From the NCBI GenBank assembly GCA_963664405.1, contig OY761158.1:1696001-1760000 (forward strand): a stretch of 64,000 nt of DNA, read 5' to 3'. Within the stretch, counting starts at the first letter, position 1, and each line of letters starts with the position of its first letter. The position numbers and the translations under genes are program-made. Shown here piece after piece: positions 1-9,503 of this stretch. This DNA comes from Thermoanaerobaculia bacterium. GTDB taxonomy: Bacteria > Acidobacteriota > Thermoanaerobaculia > Multivoradales > Multivoraceae. The notes beneath the pieces were generated by a model. That model made no database searches. It saw nothing but the letters and a program-made list of their open reading frames with translations, and was not told where the DNA came from.

Positions 1-825
1 GACAGTCACGTCGCCGCCGGCTCGTTCCGAGAAGAAGACTTCTGGCTCTCCGCCGGGCGGCAAGAGAACGACGCAGAGCGGCGCTCCTCGGTGCCGAGTG
101 AGCCAACCGGCAATACCGGGGGCGTCGATGACGGCACCGGCCGCATCTATCCCTTCACCACCAGGATCACCAACGGGGCCTCTGGCCTCGCCGGAATCTG
201 GGCAGAACAGAACACCCGCGAATCGCTCTTCGACGCGATGCGCCGCAAGGAGACCTTCGCCACCTCGGGAACGCGCATTCGAGTGCGCCTCTTCGGCGGC
301 ACCGAGCTCGCCGGTGTCGATCTCGAAGCCCCCGACCTCATCGAGACCGCCTATCGCGTCGGTACACCGATGGGCGGTGATCTCGACCAGGGTGCCGGCT
401 CGAGCGCGCCGACCTTTCTGGTCTGGGCGATGCGCGACACGATGGCCGCCCCGCTGCAACGAGTCCAGATCATCAAAGGCTGGTCGGTGGGCGTCGAGAC
501 CGAAGAGCAGGTCTACGACGTGGCCTGCTCCGACGGACTCGCCGTCGACCCGACGACCCATCGTTGCCCCGACAATGGCGCGACCGTCGATCTAGACGAC
601 TGCTCGATCCGTCAGGGTGTGGGCGCCACCGAGCTCAAGACTGCATGGACCGACCCCGACTTCGACTCGAATCAGCGCGCCTTCTACTACGCGCGGGTGC
701 TCGAGAACCCGACCTGTCGCTGGTCGACCTGGGATACGCTGGGCGCCGGAGTCGCGCCGAGGCAGGACTTCCCGTCCACCATTCAGGAGCGTGCTTGGTC
801 CTCACCGATCTGGTATACCCCGTAG
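1..825 (+). CDS. DUF3604 family (PHP-like metallohydrolase) protein, C-terminal part, runs off the window edge
   Basis: Frame open from base 1 (DSHVAAG...). Motifs KETFATSG, YDVACSDG, FYYARVLENPTCRWST and QERAWSSPIWY match the complete copy at 15336-17177. Confidence 0.85.
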   Translation, partial: DSHVAAGSFREEDFWLSAGRQENDAERRSSVPSEPTGNTGGVDDGTGRIYPFTTRITNGASGLAGIWAEQNTRESLFDAMRRKETFATSGTRIRVRLFGGTELAGVDLEAPDLIETAYRVGTPMGGDLDQGAGSSAPTFLVWAMRDTMAAPLQRVQIIKGWSVGVETEEQVYDVACSDGLAVDPTTHRCPDNGATVDLDDCSIRQGVGATELKTAWTDPDFDSNQRAFYYARVLENPTCRWSTWDTLGAGVAPRQDFPSTIQERAWSSPIWYTP

Positions 826-849
826 GATTACCCCTCATGGCACAGAGTC

Positions 850-1326
850 TTAGAGGAAGCGCCGAACGTTTCTCCACAGTTTCTTAGCCCTCCTGGGGAT
901 GGCGTGGGGTCGCTCCCGCCGGGTGGCGGCACTTCCGGCTAGGGGGATCCCCGACTCTCGTTCGATTCTGATCCCGTCTCGAGCTCCGTCGGCAGCATCG
1001 AAGCTGACCGCATAGATGAGTCGACTTTCGTCCTCGATGTGTTCGTTGGCGTGGCCTGAGAATGTGTTGTGATGGAGGAAGGTTCCCGAATAGTCTGCGC
1101 CGGTGGCGGAGATCGCGTGGTTCCCCATGTTCGTGAAGTGGATACCCGCCACTTCGTTGTGGTCCGACAATGTGACCATGACTGCACCGGGGAGTGGGGA
1201 AGTGTTGCGCAGCGCCACTCGATCGGCCGCGTTCGCGAGGGGGGAGCTCCCGACGTGGACGAGAACGAAGGCGAGGGAGAACATTCCCTCCCGACAGAGA
1301 CACCGGCGTAGGGACAGGTGGCTCAA
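850..1326 (-). pseudogene. Probable gene fragment, possibly beta-helix-like secreted protein
   Basis: Protein-like core (VTLSDHNEVAGIHFTNMGNHAISATG...HHNTFSG) with non-coding-looking ends. Confidence 0.3.
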
Positions 1327-1347
1327 CCTTCTACTCGCTTCGGGCGG

Positions 1348-1480
1348 CTATTCGAGGATCGCCTGCTGAACGGCCTTGCCGAAATCGAACCCCGTCCCCT
1401 TGTACGGCTGCTGAAGCATCAGCACGGCAACCAACTCGTTTTCGGGATCCGTCCAGGACATCGTACCGTATGCGCCCCCC
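1348..1480 (-). pseudogene. C-terminal remnant of a serine hydrolase (beta-lactamase-like family)
   Basis: Manual translation GGAYGTMSWTDPENELVAVLMLQQPYKGTGFDFGKAVQQAILE* matches the typical family C-terminus. No upstream part. Confidence 0.6.
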
Positions 1481-1568
1481 GCGCTCCTCGACTTGACAGC
1501 AGTCGATGTTAGCCGATCCGTCGATGGTTGCCGCCGCTCGCCGATTTTCGAGTAGGCTCGTTACACCG

Positions 1569-3362
1569 ATGCTGAGAACAAGATGCCCTTGCCGGGCTCT
1601 GGCGTCGCTCGGCGCCCTGATCCTTCCGCTCGCCGCGGCCCTATCCACTCCGACGAGGGCGATCGGTCAAGCACGGTCCTCGCCCGCCTTCGTTCCGGTC
1701 ACCGACGCCATGCTCCAGAGCCCAGCGGCGGAAGATTGGCTGATGTGGCGCCGGACCCTCGACGGTTGGGGCTACAGCCCGCTGGACCAGGTCGATCGGG
1801 AGAATGTGGGTGAGCTCCGGATGGTCTGGTCGCGAGCGCTCGCGGACGGGCGGCTCCAGGAGGGGACCCCGCTGGCCTACGACGGCGTTCTCTACATGCC
1901 CAACCCGAAGGATGTGATTCAAGCGATCGACGCGGTGAGCGGGGACCTGATCTGGGAGTATCGCCGGGAGCTCCCTGACGACGTCATGCAGTATGTGGGC
2001 ATTCTGTACGAGGCCAACCGCAATCTCGCCATCTATCGCAATCTCATCATCGACACCAGCGCAGACGACTATGTTTTCGCCCTCGACGCGAGCACGGGAG
2101 AGCTGGTCTGGGAGACCCAGATCTTAGACTACAAGAAGCAGCCCGCTCTCCAGACATCAGGTCCCATCATCGCCGACGGCAAGGTGATTTCGGGGCGCAG
2201 CTGCCGGCCGCGCGGCGGGCCGGACTCGTGTGTAGTAACGGCGCACGACGCGCTGAGCGGTCGCGAGCTGTGGCGACGTCGCACGATACCGGCGCCGGGA
2301 GAGCCTGGCGACGAGACCTGGGGCGACGTACCCTTCGAGAAGCGCTTCCACGTGGGTACCTGGATGCCGCCGAGCTACGACCCCGAGCTACGGCTGATCT
2401 ACCAGGGCACTTCGGTCACTTCGCCGGCGCCGAAGTTCATGCTCGGTGGTGTCGACCACAAGTATCTCTACCACGCCTCTACTCTGGCCCTCGCCGTCGA
2501 CACCGGAGAGATCCGTTGGTACTACCAGCATATGAACGACCACTGGGACATGGATCATCCCTTCGAGCGCATCTTGCTCGATACAGTGGTGGCACCCAGC
2601 CCCGAAGCGGTGCGCTGGATCAATCCTCGCCTGCGACCGGGCGAGGTTCGCAAAGTGGTCACCGGCATTCCCGGCAAGACCGGCCTGGTCTATACGCTGG
2701 ATCGCGAGACCGGCGAGTTTCTGTGGGCTACCCCCACCATCGCCCAGAATGTGATCAGCGACATCGACGGCGCCACCGGCCTGGTGACCGAGAACGAAGA
2801 GGTGATCTTCACCGAGGAAGGCCAGGAAGTGCTGGCCTGTCCCAGTATGAACGGCGGTAAGGACTGGGAAGCCGGCGCCTACAGCCCGCTGACCCACACC
2901 ATGTATTTTCCGATGCGGAATGCGTGCCAGCGCCTGGTTGCAACGACCTCCCCTCGCGCCACACTCACGATCTACGCGCTCGACGTAACGAACGAGCTCG
3001 CCCCCGGTACCGACGATCTCGGCGCGATCTACGCCATCTCGGCCGAGACCGGCGAGATCAGGTGGCTCTACGAACAGCGAGCGGCAACTCAGTCGCTGGT
3101 GGCGACCGGCGGCGGACTGATCTTCGGCGGCGACGCGAACGGGCGCTTCCGCGCCTTCGACCAGGATTCCGGGGAGGTGCTGTGGGAGATCAATCTCGGC
3201 TCACCGCTGACGGGCTTTCCGATCAGCTATGCGGTTGACGGGCGCCAGTATGTGGCGGTGAGCTCCGGCCGCACGGGGAACACCGACGTTTTCGACCGCC
3301 TGACGCCGGAGCTTCGCCCCAGCGGGGGCAACAATCTCTTCGTCTTCGCGTTAGCGGATTGA
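1569..3362 (+). CDS. Secreted PQQ-binding beta-propeller dehydrogenase
   Basis: Signal peptide, DWLMWRRTLDGWGYSPLDQ, tryptophan-docking repeats (AxDAxTGExxW), PISYAVDGRQYVAV. Confidence 0.9.
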   Translation: MLRTRCPCRALASLGALILPLAAALSTPTRAIGQARSSPAFVPVTDAMLQSPAAEDWLMWRRTLDGWGYSPLDQVDRENVGELRMVWSRALADGRLQEGTPLAYDGVLYMPNPKDVIQAIDAVSGDLIWEYRRELPDDVMQYVGILYEANRNLAIYRNLIIDTSADDYVFALDASTGELVWETQILDYKKQPALQTSGPIIADGKVISGRSCRPRGGPDSCVVTAHDALSGRELWRRRTIPAPGEPGDETWGDVPFEKRFHVGTWMPPSYDPELRLIYQGTSVTSPAPKFMLGGVDHKYLYHASTLALAVDTGEIRWYYQHMNDHWDMDHPFERILLDTVVAPSPEAVRWINPRLRPGEVRKVVTGIPGKTGLVYTLDRETGEFLWATPTIAQNVISDIDGATGLVTENEEVIFTEEGQEVLACPSMNGGKDWEAGAYSPLTHTMYFPMRNACQRLVATTSPRATLTIYALDVTNELAPGTDDLGAIYAISAETGEIRWLYEQRAATQSLVATGGGLIFGGDANGRFRAFDQDSGEVLWEINLGSPLTGFPISYAVDGRQYVAVSSGRTGNTDVFDRLTPELRPSGGNNLFVFALAD

Positions 3363-3511
3363 GCCGAATACTACAGGGACGCGGCGGTGACGTACCTCTT
3401 GGAGTCTGGGCGACAGAGGGGCAGCGACGACTGCGAGCACGCATCCACGAATATGCCATCGTTCGTCTGCGGTACTGTGTCCGATGGTACGAGCTAGTCA
3501 GAGGAGACGTC

Positions 3512-5209
3512 ATGTCACTACACGAATGTGTTGAGATCTCCCGCGTCAAAGGGTGCCTCCTTGCCCTGTCGCTCATGGTGGCCTGTGGCGCACCCGATGT
3601 CGAGGCGCCGATCCCCTCCGAGACGCCGATCCGGGTAACCGGAGGCGAGATCCGGGGGGCCACGGCCGAGAAGAACGCCGAGGTCGTCGCTTTCAAAGGG
3701 GTCCCTTACGCCGCTCCTCCGGTCGGCGATCTGCGCTGGCGACCTCCCGCAGCGGTCGTTCCGTGGGAGGGAGTGCGAGACGCCACTGCTCCAGGGGCCA
3801 TCTGCGTCCAGGGAGGCGGCGGCGAAGTGACCCAGGACGAAGACTGTCTGTTCCTCAATGTGTGGGCTCCCGCCCAAGCCTCCGAGAGGCTGCCTGTCAT
3901 GTTCTGGATACACGGTGGGGGTTACAGCGGGGGTAGCGGAACGAGAGCGGTTTACGACGGCGCCAAGCTCGCGTCCGAGGGTGCGGTCGTAGTCACGATC
4001 AACTACCGCTTGAACGTATTCGGCTTCCTGGCGCATCCCGCGCTGTCGGCCGAATCCCCTCATGGCGCCTCGGGCAACTATGGGCTGATGGACATGGTGG
4101 CGGCCCTCGAGTGGGTAGGCGACAACATCGCCGCTTTCGGTGGAGACTCCGATCGGGTCACGATCTTCGGTGAATCGGCCGGAGGCGGGGCGGTCATGTC
4201 ACTGATGCTGGCGCCCCAGGCGAAGGGGCTCTTCCACCGCGCCATCGCTCAGAGCAGCTGGATCAACGGTTGGGACCGCGCGCTGGCTGAGCCGGCACGT
4301 CGGTGGGAGTCGGCGGAGGCCCAGGGCGTCCGTGTCGCCGAGGCGCTCGGGCTCGCCGATCCCAAGGATCTGGTCGCGATGCGCGCCGCCAGCGCCGCCG
4401 ACGTGCTCGCGGCGTCACTGGTCGATGTCGGCGTACCGTTTCTACGAGATGGTAAGAACGTTTGGGCACCGAATGTCGACGGATGGATCATTCCCGACGA
4501 TCCGATCGTGATGTACTCGAGCGGCCGCCAGCACGATGTACCCCTCCTCACCGGGATGAACGGCAACGAAGGCGCGACGATGACCCGCAACCTGGACATC
4601 CCAGACGCCGAGTCCTTCGAGGCCTATGTGCGCGCGTTCTACACCGACGCCACCAAGCCCCAGATGACCGTCGCTTCCAACCAGCTCGTCGACTCCTTGA
4701 TCGCGTTCTACGAGGCCTCGTCTCCAGAGTCGGCGCCCACGAAGCTCGACCATCTCATCCACGACATGTACTTCGCCGGACCGGTCCGGTTGCATGCCGC
4801 GAGTCAGTCGAGTCTCTCTTCACCGGTTTGGCTCTATCACTTCAGCCATGTCCCACCGACCGCCTTTGGTGAAGACTATGGGTCTCATCATGCGGCCGAA
4901 CTGGTATACGTTTTCGGCACGATGAAGAACCGGCAGGGGGGTGAGGGACAAGACTTCGCCAGCCAGAGGTTCGTCGGCGACTTCAGCGAAGTCGATCGGC
5001 ACTTGTCGGAGACGATGCGGGCCTACTGGCTCCAGTTCGCAGCGAGCGGCGACCCGAACCGCGACGGTCTTCCTGACTGGCCGAGATACGACGCTGAAAG
5101 CGATAGGCACATCGAGCTGAGCGGAGAGATCCGCGCCGGAACAGGGCTCCATCGTCTCGGCGGCGATCAGTGGGGCACGTCCGCAGGGATCGCCAGATTG
5201 GAGAACTGA
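3512..5209 (+). CDS. Carboxylesterase family B lipoprotein
   Basis: FKGVPYAAPPVGDLRW, EDCLFLNVW, WIHGGG, GESAGG nucleophile, lipobox MVAC; GAGGAG RBS before ATG 3512. Confidence 0.93.
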   Translation: MSLHECVEISRVKGCLLALSLMVACGAPDVEAPIPSETPIRVTGGEIRGATAEKNAEVVAFKGVPYAAPPVGDLRWRPPAAVVPWEGVRDATAPGAICVQGGGGEVTQDEDCLFLNVWAPAQASERLPVMFWIHGGGYSGGSGTRAVYDGAKLASEGAVVVTINYRLNVFGFLAHPALSAESPHGASGNYGLMDMVAALEWVGDNIAAFGGDSDRVTIFGESAGGGAVMSLMLAPQAKGLFHRAIAQSSWINGWDRALAEPARRWESAEAQGVRVAEALGLADPKDLVAMRAASAADVLAASLVDVGVPFLRDGKNVWAPNVDGWIIPDDPIVMYSSGRQHDVPLLTGMNGNEGATMTRNLDIPDAESFEAYVRAFYTDATKPQMTVASNQLVDSLIAFYEASSPESAPTKLDHLIHDMYFAGPVRLHAASQSSLSSPVWLYHFSHVPPTAFGEDYGSHHAAELVYVFGTMKNRQGGEGQDFASQRFVGDFSEVDRHLSETMRAYWLQFAASGDPNRDGLPDWPRYDAESDRHIELSGEIRAGTGLHRLGGDQWGTSAGIARLEN

Positions 5210-5227
5210 GGCGGAGGGCCGAGGCCA

Positions 5228-6142
5228 TTACGGCGCGAAGCTCGAACGGGCGCTAATTCCCCACTTGTCGTTCTCTTTCGTCACCAGGTACAAGGTGTTG
5301 AAGGTCGAGATCACTTCGCCGGCGGCGTTGTAGCGACTGAAGGTGAGCGCCACGTTGGCGGCGTTCTCGGCGACCTGGATGGCCTCGATCTCATCCCAGG
5401 CGCTGTGGTCCCAGCCGAAGCGCTCGGCGAAGGCGTCGAAGTCCATGTCGGCGACGAACTCTTCTTCGGTTTCGGTCACGACCACTTCGCCGCTCGCGAG
5501 GCGAAGGTGGGGGAAGTGGAGGGTCGATGCCCAGGCCTGCGGGTCGCGTGCGTTGAACGCCGTCATGTACTCCTCGACCTTGGCGACGGCGATCTCGGCG
5601 TTCGATTCCTGGAGCTCCGCCTCGACCGGTGCGCCGGCGTGGAAGCGAGCTTGGACGCCCCAGTAGCCGTCGACCTGGGTGGCGACGTAAGTGACGAGGT
5701 TGCGGCCGGTCTTGTTGCCCTCCGCATCGACCCGGCCCCAGCGACCGGCGATGTGCGCTTTGCCGTCGCCCTCGTGGATCGGCTGCAGCTCTTCGAACTC
5801 GGTGCTCTCCCAGCCGGTGGCGATGACTTTCGCGTAGTCGACGCCGCCGACGTAGTCGTCTTGGGTCTGCCAGATCCGATGCGGGCGGAACTCGTCAAAC
5901 TTCCAGCCCGAGGGACGGGCGTGAGGGTAGTTGAGCGAGCTCGCATAGGCCTCGGGATCGCGGGCGTTCCAGGTCTCCATGAACTTCTCGGTGGCGCGCA
6001 GACCCGGGGAGTCAGACGCCGCTGGGGCTGCTTGCTCGGCCGGCTCGGGCGGCGGGGGTGGGTCTGAGGTGCAGCCGGCGGCGGTCATTGCGACGGCGAT
6101 GAGGCCGAGGATCTTCGCCGTCCGTTGAGTCTTGAGCTTCAT
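5228..6142 (-). CDS. Lipoprotein with two tandem NTF2/SnoaL-like domains
   Basis: Lipobox AAGC; internal duplication WNARDPEAYASSLNYPH / FNARDPQAWASTLHFPH. Confidence 0.7.
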   Translation of the reverse strand: MKLKTQRTAKILGLIAVAMTAAGCTSDPPPPPEPAEQAAPAASDSPGLRATEKFMETWNARDPEAYASSLNYPHARPSGWKFDEFRPHRIWQTQDDYVGGVDYAKVIATGWESTEFEELQPIHEGDGKAHIAGRWGRVDAEGNKTGRNLVTYVATQVDGYWGVQARFHAGAPVEAELQESNAEIAVAKVEEYMTAFNARDPQAWASTLHFPHLRLASGEVVVTETEEEFVADMDFDAFAERFGWDHSAWDEIEAIQVAENAANVALTFSRYNAAGEVISTFNTLYLVTKENDKWGISARSSFAP

Positions 6143-6259
6143 TCGTCTCTCCCTAGAGCAGAGTTCGGTTCCGTTTGGGTGGCGGGCTAGTGTACGCTGC
6201 GCTCTTCGCCTGCCGGGCGTTTACCCGTTTCGATCCTCGGGCCACGTCGGCAGGGTCAG

Positions 6260-6293
6260 GCACTCGGGCGCCCGACGCACTCGGGCGCCCGAC
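6260..6293. repeat. 17-bp tandem duplication of a palindromic site upstream of the acyl-CoA dehydrogenase
   Basis: gcactcgggcgcccgac x2, each containing the palindrome tcgggcgcccga. Confidence 0.7.
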
Positions 6294-6307
6294 TAAGGGA
6301 GGCAGAT

Positions 6308-7513
6308 ATGGATTTCGGGTTCAGCAAGAAAGTACGCGGTCTGCAAGAACGGATCGAAGCCTTCATGGACGACCACATCTTCCCGCTGGAAGACGACTAT
6401 CCGGCTCATGTGGAGGCGGCTGGAGGGTGGACCACACCGCCGATCATGGACCGGTTGAAGGAGAAGGCTCGTGAGCAGGGACTGTGGAACCTGTTCTTGC
6501 CGGACGACGAGCACGGTGCCGGTCTGAATAACCTCGAGTACGCGCCCCTGGCGGAGATCATGGGCCGGGTCGCCTGGGCCTCGGAGCCTTTCAACTGCAG
6601 TGCTCCGGATACCGGCAACATGGAGATCCTGGCCCGTTTCGGTACCGAGGAACAGAAAGAGAAGTGGCTGAAGCCGCTGCTCAACGGCGAGATCCGCTCC
6701 TGCTTCTCGATGACCGAGCCGGCCGTCGCTTCGAGCGATGCCACCAATATCGAGTGCCGTATCGAGAGCGATGGCGACGAGTACGTCATCAACGGCCGTA
6801 AATGGTTCTCTTCCGGCTTCACCAACGAGCGGTGCAAGGTCGGCATCGTCATGGGCAAGAGCGATCCGGACAACGCCGATCGTTACGTGCAGCAGTCGAT
6901 GATCCTGGTTCCCAAAGGGACACCGGGAATGAGCCTGGTGCGCAACATCACCACCTTTGGTTACAAAGGGATACCGCACGGGCACCCGGAGATCCTCTTC
7001 GAAAATGTCAGAGTCCCCGCCACCAACATGTTGCTGGGTGAAGGTCGAGGCTTCGAGATCGCCCAGGCGCGCCTGGGGCCCGGACGCATCCACCACTGCA
7101 TGCGCTTCGTCGGCTCGGCGCAAAGGGCTCTCGAGCTGATGTGCCGCCGGGCGGAGAGTCGTAGCGCGTTTGGCGTCAAGCTCTCCGAGCACGGCTCGCT
7201 GCGGGAGGACATCGCGAAATCGTTCTGCGAGATCGAGCAGGCCCGCCTATTGACCCTGAGAGCCGCCGACAAAATGGACCGTGAAGGCAACAAGGCGGCG
7301 CGAGACCTGATTGGCGCCGCCAAGATCGTGGTTCCTGCGATGGCGGCACGAGTCATCGATCGTGCGATCCAGGTCCACGGCGCGATGGGCTTCACCGAAG
7401 ACACCTTTCTGCCCAAGGCCTATGCATCGGCGCGATACATTCGCATCGGCGACGGCCCGGATCAGGTTCACATGTCGTCCCTCGCCCGACAGTTACTGCG
7501 CCGCTACGCTTGA
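6308..7513 (+). CDS. Acyl-CoA dehydrogenase (ACAD10/11-like)
   Basis: [56 protein letters not shown]. Confidence 0.95.
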   Translation: MDFGFSKKVRGLQERIEAFMDDHIFPLEDDYPAHVEAAGGWTTPPIMDRLKEKAREQGLWNLFLPDDEHGAGLNNLEYAPLAEIMGRVAWASEPFNCSAPDTGNMEILARFGTEEQKEKWLKPLLNGEIRSCFSMTEPAVASSDATNIECRIESDGDEYVINGRKWFSSGFTNERCKVGIVMGKSDPDNADRYVQQSMILVPKGTPGMSLVRNITTFGYKGIPHGHPEILFENVRVPATNMLLGEGRGFEIAQARLGPGRIHHCMRFVGSAQRALELMCRRAESRSAFGVKLSEHGSLREDIAKSFCEIEQARLLTLRAADKMDREGNKAARDLIGAAKIVVPAMAARVIDRAIQVHGAMGFTEDTFLPKAYASARYIRIGDGPDQVHMSSLARQLLRRYA

Positions 7514-7552
7514 GCGTCTTCGCGACTCACGCTTTCTCCGTCTGAGGGAACC

Positions 7553-7625
7553 ATGTTCGATCTACTGAGTGGTCTGAAGGTCGTCGATCTGACGACCCTT
7601 GTTCTCGGGCCTTCTGGTACGATGC
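7553..7625 (+). pseudogene. N-terminal remnant of a CaiB/BaiF (family III) CoA transferase
   Basis: MFDLLSGLKVVDLTTLVLGP matches the LxGxxVxDLT...GP start of this family, then similarity is lost. Confidence 0.65.
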
Positions 7626-7775
7626 GGCCGGTCAGGTGCGGTTCCGCAACTTCAATATCCGGACGATCGACTACCCCCCCGCTCGGCACGGCGAAGGCGT
7701 CGTTCACGGCGCGACCATCGCGTCCGCAACCGGGGGTCACCATGGCGAGTGTAGAGGTCATCGCGGGAGGTTGAC

Positions 7776-9503
7776 ATGAAGTGTCGCGCATTACTCACAG
7801 TGTACGTATGCGCCGCCGCCGCCATGGCCACGGGGCATCTCGGCCAGGCGCAAGTCCAAGACTTCACCCCGGTCACCGATGCGATGCTGCAGAATCCCGA
7901 CCCGGCCGACTGGTTGAGCTGGCGGCGGACCCTCAATGGATGGGGGTATAGCCCGCTTGAACAGATCGACCGGAGCAATGTCGATGAGCTCCGGCTCGCC
8001 TGGTCCTGGGGCCTCGAACCCGGGGTGTCGCAGACGACGCCGATCGTGCACGACGGCGTCATGTATGTCGCGAACCCAGGCAATGTGGTCCAGGCGCTCG
8101 ACGCGCGCACGGGCGACTTCATGTGGGAGTACCGCCGTGAGATGGACGTGCGACGCCGAAGCGGGGCGCAGATGCGCAGCCTTACCATCTACCAGGATCT
8201 GGTGATCCTGAACACTTTCGATGCGCACATCGTCGGGCTGGATGCCCGGACGGGCGAGGCGCGCTGGGATACGCCGGTCGGGGGCGATCAGGAAGGCTAC
8301 TACTTTTCGAACGGACCGATCGTCGTCGATGGGACGATCGTCGCCGGGATGACAGGCTGCGGGCGTTACCGTGATGACACCTGCTACATCGTCGGCGTCG
8401 ACGGCCGCACCGGCCGGTTGCTCTGGCGAACGTCGACCATCGCCCGGCCCGGCGAGAGCGGCGGCGACACCTGGGGCGATTTGCCGCTCATGTTTCGCGC
8501 GGGGAGCGACGCCTGGATGACTGGGAGCTATGACCCGGTCTCCAGGCTCATCTACTGGGGTACGTCGCAGCCCAAGCCGCACAACCGCGACGCACGCGGC
8601 ACCGACGGTGACGCCCTCTACAGCAACTCGACGCTCGCGCTCGACCCTGCGACCGGTGAGATGAAGTGGTACTACCAGCACATCCCGGGCGATGCGCACG
8701 ACATGGACGAGTCGTTCGAGCGCATCCTGATCGACTACGACGGCAAGCGTTCGCTGTTCACGATGGGCAAGCTCGGGATTCTCTGGGAGCTCGACCGCAT
8801 CACGGGCGAGTTCCGGCGCGCGATCGACCTTGGCTATCAGAACATCTTGGATGTCGACTCGCAGACCGGTGAGGTGACTTACCGGGACGGGATGCTAACT
8901 GACGTCGGCGAAGAGCTCTTCTTCTGCCCCAGTACTGCTGGCTTCAAGAGCCTGCGGGCGATGGCGTATCACCCCGGGACCGGGGCGTTATACGTGCCGC
9001 TCAGTCTCAGCTGTCAGACCGTCACATTCGGCCCGGTCGAGCGACGCGCCGGGGGCGGCGGCGGGGGACTCAGGACCGGACGGACGAATCACTTTCATCC
9101 GCAGGCGCCGAGCCAACTGGGCGAGTTTCAAGCGCTGGACTTGCGGACCGGCGAGACCCTCTGGCGCCAGCGCCTCCGGGTGCCCTACAACACGGCGGCG
9201 CTGACGACCGGCGGGGGCCTGGTGTTCATCGGCGACTGGGGCCGGCACGTCTTCGCCTACGACGTGCGGAACGGCGAGCCGCTCTGGCAGAGCCGGCTCT
9301 CGACGATGGCGAACGGGTTCCCGATCACTTATGCCGTCGACGGCAAGCAGTTCGTCGCGTTCGTGGCCGGCCCGTCGATCAGCCGCTCGAGCTGGGCGAC
9401 AGTTCTCCCGGCCGATCTCATACCCGAAGAGCACAACCCGCGGGGCGGTAGCGGCGTCTTCGTGTTCGCGTTGCCCTCTGGTGGGGGGGTACCACCATGC
9501 TGA
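7776..9503 (+). CDS. Secreted PQQ-binding beta-propeller dehydrogenase (paralog of 1569-3362)
   Basis: PVTDAMLQNP, DWLSWRRTLNGWGYSPL, W-docking repeats, PITYAVDGKQFVA. Confidence 0.9.
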   Translation: MKCRALLTVYVCAAAAMATGHLGQAQVQDFTPVTDAMLQNPDPADWLSWRRTLNGWGYSPLEQIDRSNVDELRLAWSWGLEPGVSQTTPIVHDGVMYVANPGNVVQALDARTGDFMWEYRREMDVRRRSGAQMRSLTIYQDLVILNTFDAHIVGLDARTGEARWDTPVGGDQEGYYFSNGPIVVDGTIVAGMTGCGRYRDDTCYIVGVDGRTGRLLWRTSTIARPGESGGDTWGDLPLMFRAGSDAWMTGSYDPVSRLIYWGTSQPKPHNRDARGTDGDALYSNSTLALDPATGEMKWYYQHIPGDAHDMDESFERILIDYDGKRSLFTMGKLGILWELDRITGEFRRAIDLGYQNILDVDSQTGEVTYRDGMLTDVGEELFFCPSTAGFKSLRAMAYHPGTGALYVPLSLSCQTVTFGPVERRAGGGGGGLRTGRTNHFHPQAPSQLGEFQALDLRTGETLWRQRLRVPYNTAALTTGGGLVFIGDWGRHVFAYDVRNGEPLWQSRLSTMANGFPITYAVDGKQFVAFVAGPSISRSSWATVLPADLIPEEHNPRGGSGVFVFALPSGGGVPPC

